64,000 bases of DNA from Mustelus asterias (GCF_964213995.1 NW_027590253.1:372001-436000), one strand, 5' to 3'. Shown: positions 1 to 11,633, counted from the first letter of the stretch. Numbers and translations are program-made. The notes: generated by a model not told the origin, from the sequence alone.

Positions 1-249
1 ACAGAACCTCTCTGTGTGAAAAACCCATGTTCACTCTATAAAACAAAGTTTTCGAACCAGAACCAAGACTTCTCAGGCAGAGCAGTTCAGTCCGTGCAAT
101 GAACTATCAATTAGGTGTGAAAATATGCTGAAGTATTTGGATGGCAGTCTAAAAACAGAATTAGGGTCTCAGCTGATGACAGAGTCCTACCAAGAATGAA
201 GGAGTAGTCATTCTCATTTCTAACTATCTGTGAACTTTAATTCACAGAG

Positions 250-600
250 AACCACCATCAGTTTTCTCAGCTGAAGGGAGATTTACGAAAAGTGTTCGAA
301 CCCATCATGTATTTCGATGGTGTAAATAAGGAACAAACTTTTCTAGCAGCAGGAGGCTCTTTAAACTGAAAACAATGATATGAGGCGACTGGAAAAATCA
401 GACATGGCATGACAGCGAGTTGTGAGTTAGAACGCGCTGCGTGAAAGGGCGTTGGCAGCAGTTACAATAGTATCTTTCAAAAGAGGAGCGGGTACATTGT
501 TGCAGAGGTGTTTGTTTACAAGGCTCTGGGGAAAGAAGAGGAGAAAGAGATTAATTGAATTTCTCCACCAACCAATCTAAGAATGTATGGCGAGCCGAAT
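250..600 (+). mobile_element. Old, decayed CR1-clade LINE 3' fragment
   Basis: Degenerate similarity to the 3' ORF2 end of younger CR1 copies in this window (ctgaagggagattta..gtgttc, gaacgcgctgcgtgaaagggcgttgg). Confidence 0.5.
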
Positions 601-869
601 TGCCATTTTCTGTTGTATTTCATTTACCAATTGCCTCCCCTCGCTTCTTATTGTAAATCAAAGCTTCACCGTGGAGTCAAGAAGCATGTCCGCGTCCTTT
701 TCTTCTTACCAGGCCTGCCATTTCCCTTCGGTGTCCGATTGCTCTTTCTATATTTATTGAATATCCGTGAATTTATTTGTTTTATTTTTCATCCCCTCTT
801 TGCTTTCTTTCTTTTTTTTATTCCCCTTGCACTTATTTTAATAAGATGGCACTGAAGGAGGAACTGCAA

Positions 870-1240
870 TTTCTTTATAAATAAGGATCTCCAGTGAGTT
901 TGAGGGGAACTTGCTCATTTCGGTCTTTCCTGCGCCCTTCAGATTCCAGGTGGTCGAGTTCCCGGGTTTGTAAACCATTGTCGAAGGACCCATGGCAAGC
1001 TGCTGCAATGTAGATAATACACGCTGGTGGCGCTGTGGAGAAAGAGAATGTTAAATTTGTGGATGAGGTGCCAAACATCAAGGCTGTTTTACCCTCGATT
1101 GGGTCTTGCCCCATGATTGCTGTTGGAGATGCGCTCGTCCAGGGAAGTGAGCAGTGTGTGTATCACACATTTTGCATGCCAGACTGGGGAGTGGCTTCAT
1201 GGAAATCAGGAGGCGCATCGCTCCCAGAGAGCAATCTTTC
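870..1240 (-). mobile_element. Old copy of the LINE family also seen at 17971-19320 (3' RT region)
   Basis: Colinear degenerate similarity to 18230-18540 (ctgcaatgtagataatacac, tttgtggatgaggtgccaa, gtccagggaagtga, ggaaatcaggaggc). Confidence 0.55.
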
Positions 1241-1264
1241 AATGTAATTAGACTTTAAAGGTAA

Positions 1265-1482
1265 ATTGTGGATTTATACGGCTCTTCGCAATACCAATGG
1301 ACATTTCAAAACATGTTACAGCCAATGTTTTATAATAAGTGCAGTCGCTATTATAACAGAGGAGGTACACACAGAAAATTAACCCAAACAGCAATATGGC
1401 AATGATCACGGAATCTGTTTGTGTGATGTTGATTCTTGGATAAACATTGACCTGGACACCAGGGATAACTCCCTTACCCCTC
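1265..1482 (-). mobile_element. DeuSINE-type (SacSINE1/AmnSINE1-like) SINE fragment
   Basis: Reverse strand reads gggagttatccctggtgtccaggtcaatgtttatcc..tcaacatcac..aaacagatt..tcattgccatattgctgtttggg, matching the Deu-domain consensus as I recall it, followed by an L2-type tail (gagccgtataaat). Confidence 0.65.
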
Positions 1483-2989
1483 TGTATATTTTATTTACAA
1501 TGCACGATTAGTATCTGTATTATCATATTACATGACAGTTCAAAGTTGGCATTACCAAAATTGCAGTAAAATTCAACTGCTTTCAGTACATTACAACACA
1601 ATTTGAGATGTATTTTATTTACTGTTAAGACTTATATTTACTTTTTTTTGTCAAACACTCTCTGATTCATTCTCTGTCCACTTCTGTGATACTTGAATTG
1701 AAAACTCGTTTGAGGACAGGCAGGAATCCAGAGAGACACACGACTTATTCATCAACTTTCAAGAAGAAACGATTGAAAAGAATGAGGTAAAAAACCCAGG
1801 AAGGAACCATTTGCATAGTGCTCACACTGCTAGCTGCGAACTGAGAGATAGAGGGTTTATACTATGACACTGACAACAGACAGCAACCAAGGCTCCAAAT
1901 TCTGCTTGGACATCTAGTGAGCTATTCAGCTATGGAAGCCCCCTGACCTCCCTCTGTGTCTCCCAATCATACTCTATCTCCCGCAACAACCAATTATTTT
2001 CGTAATCATTCAGTGCCCCCTCTCCTACTGCATCTTCCATTCCATTTCTGAATCTCCCATTCCCCCTCTCTCCATTATTCCGTCTGCCTCTCCGACTCAT
2101 TCTCTCCCTTCCTCAAACAATCCTTCATTACTTCTTCCTCTTTCAAGATCCCTTTCTGCTTTTCTCAAGCCCTGTCATGGGTCTAATGAATAGGAGCAGG
2201 AAAGGGTTAAGTGCCGCCCCAAAACTGCTCTGTCATTACCTCTTGAACATTCCACCTAAAAACCTTGAGCAAATGCACCCTTCCTGAAGAACACTGACGG
2301 AAACTGCGCTCTTTTCTCCAAACGTGGCCAGGCCAAAGTCCTCTTCCATTGCAGCAAGGCGACCATTCTCGTGTAGCTCAATTGCTTTGGAATGAAGGCC
2401 AAAATTGTATTTGCCTCCTGGATTGCTGTCTCCACCTGTAGGTTACATGTGTATACAAGGACGGTGAGCTATGTCTGCACATCAACATATAATTGATTCT
2501 CACCATATAAATGTATGATTTTATTTTTCTCTACTTTTCTCGCCAATGTGAATAACTTCTTAATTTTCCGCAATATATTCCTGTTGATCACTTTCTTGCA
2601 AACACGCTCATGCTCCCCTATCGCTTTGCAGCCTCTATGTGGCTCGTTTTGCTTTGTATCAATGCTAAATATGCATTATCAGAAAAAAGGTAAAGTTAAA
2701 TGGATTCCTTCTCTTTATTAATAGCATTTATTGGATCACAGCGTTTCAGGAAACGTTTCTTTCCCAACCCGGGACAGTAAATCCGGATCCATTCCCTTTC
2801 ATAAGGACAGTAATAGCATTCGGTGTCAGGGTGCTTTTAGTAACTGCCTGCGACCTCACGATATGTCAATCAAGGGACAAAGGAAGTGAGCTGAGAACAT
2901 GCTGAAACACGACAGCAGAATATAGAAGGCGAGGATTAAAAGGGTGTCTTCAAATGTCGGGCAGCCCTTTTGCAGAGCGGACAGGTAGA

Positions 2990-3430
2990 ATGCGACTACT
3001 CAGCATCTGGGTTGTGTGGGGAGCATTCTTGGCAGGGAACTGTGGAGGAAAGACATTTCGCCCTTTCTCTAGTTTCCAAACCATGGGTTAAATCAGAATT
3101 TGATCAGCTGCAGATCGTAACTTTTCTGTTCTTCTTTGAGATGTGGCTCATGCAGATACTGTGACTCAGTCGCTCTCGTCAGATGCAAAGACAGAAGGAG
3201 AAGTGGTGACTTTAAACTGTAGCTATGAGACTGCAATGAGCGGCTATATGTTACATTGGTACCGACAGTATCGAAACACACAGCCCGAGTTTGTACTGCT
3301 GAAGGCCAGTAATAATTATGAAGAGAAAGCAGATTTTGCGGAAACACGTTTTTCCGTGGAGCTCCAGATCGCGACTAAATTCACCAGTTTGACTATCTCG
3401 AGTTTGCAGCTGACAGACGCTGCCGTATAC
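2990..3430 (+). pseudogene. T-cell receptor alpha/delta-type V gene segment, pseudogene (leader exon 2990-3035, intron 3036-3140, V exon 3141-3430)
   Basis: Leader MRLLSIWVVWGAFLA joins in phase 1 to DVAHA-DTVTQSLSSDAKTEGEVVTLNCSYET..LHWYRQ..PEFVL..RFSVEL..SLTISSLQLTDAAVY (Ig V-set motifs: Cys1, WYRQ, D-x-A-x-Y). Acceptor ttctttgAG is intact, but the donor reads GG instead of GT. The second Cys and the RSS are missing. Confidence 0.9.
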
Positions 3431-4809
3431 AAAGATACCTCAACCCCGTTTGTTGTTAAACATTGACAGAAACAAATTATCTCACAGCGTAACTACATTT
3501 ATTCTTACCCAAGCATTAAATGATATTCTGCAAAATTTTCAGTCACGAGGACAGACGGAAGAATTGGCGCAAATTTAACTTTATGACTCAAATGTTAGAT
3601 CAATTCCTGTGCCGCATGAATAAGGGTTTCAGCCGAATTGGACTTCCACAAAACAGGCTCTGAAGTTCAATCAGACAGCACTGTTTGTCCTTCCAGACCA
3701 GTCGCTTTTATCCTGAGCGGAATTTCTGGACTGAATGGATTACGACATTCAGTTTATATTTGCAGAGGTCCCAGTTCTAAACAGGGCAGAAACATTATCA
3801 ACATTCACTGCCCTGACGGTTCTGAATTCAAGTTTATTGTTGAATGTGAATGGAACCGAGTGTCAATCAAAATATTGAAGATTTACTCTTCACTATTTCT
3901 GAGAAAACACACAGCAAAATCACCAGTGCTTTCAGCTGGCAAGCGGTGTTTGGACAGTGGGAGGCTGGAATATTGCTGCTTTTCCCTGTTTCACACGCTG
4001 TAGAATGAGGAAAAGACAATAATTAAAGGGTTCGTTAGAATTGAATAATTGAATGGATTTCTAATGGGTTCGAGGCAGACACAATTTAAGGCTAATAGTC
4101 GCAGAACACCCATTGGAGGCACATACATGGCACCAGGAATCAGCTCTCCTATAACCGGTGCCGTCTCCCTTTAAGCCTTTCTGTGTCTTGTCTGTAAACA
4201 AATATTCGGACTGTCCCGAAGCTGCTTTTAGGTAGAATTCCTGATGTGCTGGAACGAGAATATTTTCAATATCTCCGAACAGTTACTTTCACTGCCAACG
4301 TCAGAGTCAATGTTCCAGTTTCATAAAAACGGGAAAGGTGCCTTGACTGTCTCTGCTCAGTCAGACAGTTCACCCTTCATTCTCCTGTGATTCCGGTTCC
4401 CAAAGAGTTTCTAAAAAATCATAACTTTGACAGCCATAATAAAAAATCTCTTGAAAACAATGTAAGTTTGCTATCGATGCTGGTATAATATTTCTGTTTC
4501 CACATTTATTCTTTTAGTTAGATTTTCTCAATGTTTTTACTGGCTACGGTTGTGAGTTTGGAATTCGCCCCGATACTGAACCCAACACGGTATCTCACGG
4601 CCCTCTGCTGGGGTGACATGGAACTACAAAGTGCAGCTTCCTCCCACCTGTGAGTCTTTGGGAGTCAAGTTTGTGTTCAACAATTTCCGATCATGAATTC
4701 TGCTAGGATTTTGTTTATGCCCTTTATTCAAATTTTCGACTGCACCTGGGGTGGAGAATCTGTTTTGTTATGAGGCCTCCTTCTCCAGTCAAAGAGAGCC
4801 CATTTCTAT

Positions 4810-5070
4810 ATATGGGTCGTGGAGATTCTGTCACCCAGCCGCTGTGCTCAGCAGTTCAGACAGAAAGAGAAGCAGTGACTTTGCAATGTATCGACAAGAC
4901 AACATTTTACTCCCTGAAAAGGGGAACAGTCTGAACAAATCAGTTAAGTTGCTTTAGTACCCCTTTGCTTCGACAGTAAAGAAAGCAAATTAGTCTGTCA
5001 ATGCTTGGCGCTGTTCTGATTTATAACTTCGTAAATTTCTCCGAAGACTTGGCGTTCTCTCGACTTCGTC
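4810..5070 (+). pseudogene. Second, heavily decayed TCR alpha/delta-type V relic
   Basis: 4821 onward translates GDSVTQPLCSAVQTEREAVTLQC (FR1 with Cys1 at 4887), paralogous to the V at 3141. The acceptor appears mutated (ctat vs ctag at 4809). A possible leader MNSARILFMPFIQIF starts at 4693. Downstream frame is broken; the 3' limit is uncertain. Confidence 0.7.
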
Positions 5071-5349
5071 GTCACCAGGATTTGAAAAGAGAACTCCAGC
5101 ATTGATTTCCGCAGACTTCGCATCGTTTTCCCAAATACATATCAACAGTAACAAAGTCAGTCTCCAAAGAGCTCCAATTTAGATACCCGGGCAGCATTTT
5201 ATTCTTGGTGTTATTTACAGTAAACCCTGAAAAAACTCATCAGGAAAATCCGAACGTGCAATGAAAAGCATTTGCGGACAGACGGTGCCAGATTGAAGAC
5301 CCAACTCTGCAAACTGAAAGCTGTATGGATGGTAGGCTTGTGATGTCAC

Positions 5350-6454
5350 AGTAGAGTCACGCCCTTCCCCCCTCCCCATCCCCCTCCACCACCCCCCTTC
5401 CGCCCCATTCCCCACTCCCCCGTCAATCCACCCTCCCCCCTTCCATCCCACCTCCCCCGACATCTCATCCCCCCTTCATCCCCCCAACTCTATTCCCCCT
5501 CCCTCTGCATCCCCACACACCCATCCCCTGCATCCCCCCTCCCACTCAATACCTCTCCCTCCCCCCTCCCCTCCCTCTACCCCGTCCCCCCACTCCCCTC
5601 CCACGACCCCCGCCCCGCCCCCCCCCGCGTTCCCTTCCGCCCTCCCTTCCCCCTCCCCTCCCTCCCCTCGTCACCTGCACCCCTTCCCCTCCCCCCACCT
5701 CCCGCGCCCCCTCCCGCCCTCCCCTCCCCCTTCCCCCATCGCCTCACTCCCCTCCTCCGCTTCGCTCCCCTCCTCCGACGCCTTCGGCCCTCTCCCCCAT
5801 CCCCTCCACCCCTCCCTCCCCATGCCTCCAGTTTCCCCCCTCCCACCTCCCCCTCTCCCCTCCCCTTCCACTCCTCCCCCACTTCCCTTCCCCCATCCCC
5901 GCTGCACCCCCTTCCAGCTCCCCTCCCCCTCTCCCTCCCCTCCGACCGCCTCCCTCCCCCATTCCACTCCTTCCCTCCGCGTCCCCCTACGCCTCCTCCC
6001 CTCCCCGTCCCCTCATCCTCCCCCCTCCCACCCGCTCCCCTATCCCCCCTCCCTGCCTCTCCCCCACGTCCCCCCACGCACACCTCCTCCTCACCTGTCT
6101 GCCCGCACCTTCCCCCCTCACCCAACCCCTCGCCCCCTCCCCCCTCAACCCCTATCCCCTCCTCCCGCTCCACCACCACCTCCCCCCTGACCCACCTCCA
6201 CCTCTCCCCCCTCTACCTCATCGCTCCCCCACCTCTTCCCCCTCGCCCCCCTCCCCCCATCTCCCTCCACCCTCCATTCCCTCCCCTCCGCCTCCCCCTT
6301 CCTCCCTCTCCTAGCCTCCCTCCGGCACCCTCCCTTCCTGCCCCACTCCTCCTCACCCTCCCCTCCCGTCCCGTCCCCCTTCCCCCGCCCCTCCCTCTCC
6401 CTCCCCTCCGCCCTCCCCATCCACCTCCCCCCCCCTCCACATCCGCTCCCTCCC
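5350..6454. repeat. C-rich polypyrimidine low-complexity tract with no clear repeat unit (about 1.1 kb)
   Basis: Runs of C interrupted by T/A; the Pro-rich and Gly/Arg-rich ORFs here are compositional artefacts. Confidence 0.95.
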
Positions 6455-6490
6455 CTGGAGGACGGGGCGATCGATTACTGTGCAGTGAGC
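6455..6490 (+). pseudogene. 3' end of a third TCR V segment (FR3 end LEDGAIDYCAVS)
   Basis: CTG GAG GAC GGG GCG ATC GAT TAC TGT GCA GTG AGC resembles L-E-D-x-A-x-Y-Y-C-A and directly abuts an RSS heptamer. Confidence 0.85.
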
Positions 6491-6529
6491 CACAGTGCTA
6501 GATTACAGTTAAAATGCTGTACAAGGCTT
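6491..6529 (+). promoter_or_regulatory. 23-spacer recombination signal sequence (RAG RSS), nonamer damaged
   Basis: Perfect heptamer CACAGTG (6491-6497), exactly 23 nt of spacer, then ACAAggctt (6521-6529). The nonamer matches consensus only at ACAA, at the point where CR1 sequence begins. Confidence 0.85.
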
Positions 6530-9286
6530 GGATGTCTCAGGGACAGGACTGGATACTCCGGGTGCCGGGATTCAGATGTTTCAGGAAGGACAGGGAGGGA
6601 GGCAAGAGAGAGGGTGGAGTGGCACTGCTGATCAGGGATAGTGTCACAACTGTAGAGAAGGTGTATGCTGTGGAGGGATTGTCCACACAGTCTCTGTGGG
6701 TGGAAGTTCGGAGTGGGAAGGGGTCGATCACTTTGCTGGGAGTTTTCTATACCCGCCCAATAGTAACAGGGAGGTGGAGGAGCAGATAGGGAAACAGATC
6801 CTGGAGAGGTGCAGTAATAGCAGAGTTGTTGTGATGGGAGAGTTTAATTTCCCAAACATAGATTGGAATATCGCTAGGGTAAGGGGATTGGATGAGGAGC
6901 AGTTCGTGAGGTGTGTTCAGGAGGGTTTCCTAACACAGCATGTGGACAAGCCTACAAGAGGGGAGGCTGTACTTGAGCTGATACTGACCAATGAACCTGG
7001 ACAGGTGTCAGATCTCTCAGTGGGAGAGCATCTTGGGGATAGCGACCATTACTCTATCTCCTTTATGATTGCATTGGAAAAAGAGAGGATCAGGCAAGCT
7101 AGGAAAGCGTTTATATGGAGTAAGGGGAAATATGAAGACATAAGTCAGCAAATTAGAGGAGTAAATTGGAAGGAGGAATTCTCAGGGAAATGTACTGAAG
7201 AGAGGTGGCACTTTTTCAAGTAATGTCTGTCTAGAGTTCTACGGGACAACGTTCCGAGCAGACAGGGAGGTGTTGGTAGGTTAAAGGAACCGTGGTGCAT
7301 GAAAGCTGTGCGGGACCTAGTCGAGAAGAAAAGGAATGCATACAAAAGGTTCAGAGAGCTTGGCGAAGATAGGGATCTAAATGTGTATACGGCTTGTAGG
7401 AAGGGACTAAAGAAGGAAATTAGGAAAGCCAGAAGGGGTCACGAGGAAGGCCTTGGCAGATAGGATTAAGGAAAACCCTAAGGCGTTCCATAAATATGTG
7501 AGGAGTAAAAGGATGAGACGTGAAGGAATAGGGCCTATAAAAGTTGAAAGCAGGAAAGTCTCTACGGAACCAGTAGAAATGGCAGAGGTGCTTAATGAGT
7601 ATTTTGCCTCGGTTTTCACAGAGGAGAAGGACATGGGTGGATGTACTGCGGGCTTGCGGTGGACTGAAAAGATTGAGTATGTGGACTTAAAGAAAGAGGT
7701 TGTGCTGGAATCTTTGAATGGCTTCAAGATAGATAGGTCGCCGGGTCTGGCTGGGATGTACCCCAGGTTACTGTGGGTGGCGAGGGAAGAGATTGCAGAG
7801 CCTCTGGCGATGATCTTTGCGTCGTCGATGGAGACGGGAGAGGTGACAGAGGATTGGAGGATTGCAGATGTGGTTCCTATTTTCAAGAAGGGGAATAAGG
7901 ATAGCCCAGGAAATTACCGACCGGTGAGTCTAATCTCAGTGGTTGGTAAGCTGATGGAGAAGATCCTGAGGGACAAGATTTATGAGCATTTAGAGAGGTT
8001 TAGTATGCTCAAGAATACTCTACACGGTTTTGTCAAAGGCAGATCGTGCCTTACGAGTCTGGTGGAGTTCTTCGAAAATGTGACTAAAGACATTGACGAA
8101 GGGAAAGCGGTAGATGTGGTTTATATGGATTTTAGCAAGGCTTTCGATAAGGTCCCCCATGTAAGGCATCTAGAAAAAGTGAGAGGGCATGGGATCCAAG
8201 GGGCTGCTGCCCTGTGGATACAGAACTGGCTTGCCTAAAGGAGGCAGAGAGTGTGTATAGATGGGTCTTTTTCTAAATGGAGGTCGGTGACCAGTGGCAT
8301 GCCCCAGGGATCTGTTCTGGGACCCTTGCTGTTTGTCATTTTCATAAATGACCTGGATGAGGAAGTGGAGGGATGGGTTGGTCAGTTTGCCGACGACACG
8401 AAGGTTGGTGGGGTTGTGGATAGTCTGGAGGGATGTCAGAAGTTACAGAGGGGCATAGATAGGATGCAAGACTGGGCGGAGAAGTGGCAGATTGACTTCA
8501 ACCCAGATAAATGCGTCGTGGTCCATTTTGCCAGGTCAAATGGGATGAAGGAGTACAATATTAAGGGAAAGAAGCTTCGTACTGTAGAGGATCAGAAGGA
8601 CCTTGGGGTCCGGGTCCATAGGGTTCTAAAATTGGCCTCGCAGGTGGAGGAGGTGGTTAAGAAGGCGTATGGCGTGCTGGCCTTTATCAATCGAGGGATT
8701 GAGTTTCAGAGTCCGGGGATAATGATGCAGCTATATAAGACCCTCGCCAGACCCCACTTGGAGTACTGTGCTCAGTTCTGGTTGCCTAATTACAAGAAGG
8801 ATGTGGAAAAGATTGAAAGGGTGCAGAGGAGATTTACAAGGATGTTGCCTGTATTTAGTGGCATGCCTTATGAGGATAGGCTGAGGGAGCTCGGTCTTTT
8901 CTCCTTGGAGAGATGTAGGATGAGAGGAGACCTAATAGAGGTATATAAGATGTTGAGAGGCATAGATCGGGTGGTCTCTCAGAGGCTTTTTCCCAGGGAG
9001 GAAATGGCTTATACGAGAGGACACAGATTTACTGTGCTGGAGGGTAGGTACAGGGGAAATGTTAGGTGGAGGTTTTTCACACAGAGGGTGGTGGGCGAGT
9101 GGAATCGGCTGCTGTCAGTGGTGGTGGAGGCAAACTCGAAAGGGTCTTTTAAGAGACTCCTGGATGAGTCCATGGGACTTAATAGGATGGAGGGTTATAG
9201 GTAGGCCTGGAAGGTAAGGATGTGTTCGGCACAACTTATGGGGCTGATGGGCCTGTTTGGTGCTGTAGTTTTTCTATGTTTCTATT
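6525..9286 (+). mobile_element. CR1-clade LINE (HER1-like), 5'-truncated, ORF2 (APE endonuclease + RT) disrupted
   Basis: ORF pieces with GGVALLI, SDH, NYRPVSL, DFSKAFDKVPH, PQGSVLGP, FADD; several frameshifts and stops; 3' tail tttctatgtttctat. Confidence 0.95.
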
Positions 9287-9299
9287 AATTGTTTTGTTG

Positions 9300-9677
9300 T
9301 GGTAATTTCTGCTCCAATATGTGGATGCATTCCCTAATACGTTCTGAATCTCCCCTCTGAATCTCTGTTTTACATGGGGTGAAGGATTTATAATTAGCTT
9401 TTGGACGTGCACCATTTCCCCGTTGGGTTACTGCCGCTAAGTTGTATTCTAGCGCTTCCCACTCCTCTGGAGGAGCGTTTGGTCCCTGTGCGGACTCATT
9501 CGGAGGTAGAGGAACAGTTTCCCCTCCCCATTGTTTTTCTTCTAAGACTTGGTTTCATTTCTCCAATTCTCTTATTCTGGATTCTAAATCTCTAATCTTT
9601 TCTTTATCTTGCTCAGTTATTCCAGCTAACTGACGTACTAACGATACTCCTATTTTCTTTGTCTCGTTTCTCTTTAG
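9300..9677 (-). pseudogene. Second gag-like segment (diverged paralogue of the gag N-terminal half)
   Basis: Manual translation KRNETKKIGVSLVRQLAGITEQDKEKIRDLESRIRELEK*NQ...LAAVTQRGNGARPKANYKSFTP..GEIQNVL aligns with KKDRTKKSVVLFVQQLAGLIEQ..DKATIKMLETRNSELEKRNQ...LGPITRAGTLQHPTARYKPFTPGEIQQIL of ORF 10342-11100. Confidence 0.8.
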
Positions 9678-9835
9678 TAGGCAGGGGGCTTTTGTCCGTT
9701 AATTTCTTTTACATAGATCATTTTATTCGTTATGGGTAAGGGTAGGTCAGTGATAGATATGGAGGGCCCCGTGCCCAACAGCATTTCACATTATCTGCCC
9801 CCTACTAGTGCAGACACGTAGATTCTACCCTCCTC
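9678..9835 (-). pseudogene. pro: Retroviral aspartic protease N-terminal fragment
   Basis: EGRIYVSALVGGR*CEMLLGTGPSISITDLPLPITNKMIYVKEINGQK is a degenerate LDTGA motif plus flap, immediately after the gag stop. Confidence 0.75.
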
Positions 9836-9855
9836 TTACCCAAACTCGCCCCTCA

Positions 9856-11200
9856 TCAGTTTGCCCACTCCTGTGATGGCGGAGGAAATCCGTGTTTGCT
9901 CCAACAAGTGGCCTCAGTATGGCCAACCTTATTGCAAAACAGGCAGATAGGGGCCTTCCTGCGACCCCCCCCCCCTCCTCCTCCCCCCGCCCCCCCCCCC
10001 TCCCCCCGGTGCCCTACAGTCTCTGGCAAAGTGACCCAGTTTCCCACAATTATGGTACGCACCCTTGGGTTCAGCTACTCCACTGTTTGCACTAACTGTT
10101 TCCTGTTTTATTCGTGGGTATGGTTTCTCATCTGGTCCGTCTCTAATTCCAGATGCCCATTCTACTAATTCATCATAGTTCTGGATATTGCGAACTCCCA
10201 TTTTAAGGATTTTTTTGGTGAGCTGGCGACAGCCCTTCTTTAAATGCTTGTAAAAAGGCTTTATCTGTTCGGGCACTTTCGGGTATTCCAGAACATTCAT
10301 GGTATACTCTAAAGAGTCGCTCTCCAAATTCGGAGGCTCCTTCATCCCTTTGTTGTTTTATATTGGTAATTTGTTTGGTGCATTACCCAAGACTCGTTGG
10401 ACTTCTGCCTTAAACCGATTAAATTGCTCAACCGTTGCTCGATTTCGGCGGTTGTCTCTGTCGCGTATGTCCAACTCCCACCTCGGTAATCCAACCGAGC
10501 TTGGTCAGCGACATTAACCTCGTCCCCACCGTCACCCATTAGTCTCCATTTATCCCGCGGGCGAGCAGCCCGTACCAACTGGTGTATATCCCGCAAATGT
10601 AACTGGTGTCCAACCCAAATAGTGTCCAGTTCTGCCCAAAATTTGCTGTTGTGACTCCGGGGCTGGAGCCTTCCCAGGGATGCCAAAATCTGTTGTATTT
10701 CACCTGGGGTAAAGGGTTTATATCGGGCAGTGGGATGCTGTAACGTCCCAGCCCGAGTTATGGGACCGAGATCATGGATCTCTTCCTTATAGGGGTCTCC
10801 CACTGGCGCCGTGGATTGTACGGCCGGCCCATAGGGAGGCCAGAATCTCCGGATAGGGTCCTCTGAAAGTTGGTTTCGCTTTTCTAATTCGCTATTGCGT
10901 GTTTCCAACATTTTAATTGTTGCTTTGTCATCAGCCCATTTCTTACCAGAGACTGCGACCTGTTCAATTAATCCAGCCAATTGCTGAACGAAGAGAACCA
11001 CACTTTTCTTAGTTCTGTCTTTCTTTGCTTTTTCCAACCACTTTCGTTGTTGGTCTCGTGGGTGGTCTATCTGTTTAATGAGTTTGTCTCTCTTAATCAT
11101 ATTTTCATTTATCAGGGACCCCGGGCCACACTGTCGTTGCCCGACATTACATCGATAAGGTTATACTCACCAAATGGAGACTCTCCTTTCTCGCTCTCCC
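9856..11200 (-). pseudogene. gag: Gag (frameshifted) with two CCHC zinc knuckles
   Basis: ORFs 10342-11100, 9929-10345 and 9856-10062; knuckles (Y)HNCGKLGHFARDC and CLFCNKVGHTEATC. Confidence 0.85.
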
Positions 11201-11633
11201 CTCCTCGGTTTCTCGTATCCGAATTCAGTGATACATGTCAGGGGTGATCAGTTCCCTCCGTACCACCATTTACACAATATTTTTATTAAGCCGGCTTTCA
11301 CATGAAGGCTTTTCCTTTAACTCCGGTGATCACTCAGACAGTCTCTATCTATCACTCATCACTCACGTCTGAACATCACACCTCAGGCAACCCTGACACT
11401 CATTTCAAATTCCTAACTTGAGCGTGGTAGATTTCTCCTCTTAACAGTCAGTTTAAGGCAGGGTGCCAGAGTCAGTTACCTCCTTGTCCATATGTGCTCA
11501 GTTCAGACGTCTTTCATCAGTTCAGACACTCTCTCATCACAGATGATCACCCAATGTATTTTGACCCACTGCATCAAGTTCAGTAACTATTCCGGTGTCC
11601 CAGTCGTGGCCATTCGACCGGACCTGTAAACAG

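Noticed and set aside
1-26. tgaaaaacc as the nonamer of an RSS from a V gene just left of the window
   Set aside because: Plausible from the spacing, but the heptamer would lie outside the window, so it cannot be supported
1700-1900. Possible further V relic (..RQES.., ELRDRG/LYY) and an ATTTGCAT octamer at 1809-1816
   Set aside because: Needs several frameshifts, has no Cys or RSS, and a single 8-mer is expected by chance
3483-3521. CACAGCG as the RSS heptamer of the first V
   Set aside because: About 50 bp from the V end, with no nonamer at 12- or 23-nt spacing
5215-6440. Gly/Arg-rich and Pro-rich ORFs (up to 200 aa)
   Set aside because: Produced by the stop-poor C-rich low-complexity tract; no coding signal
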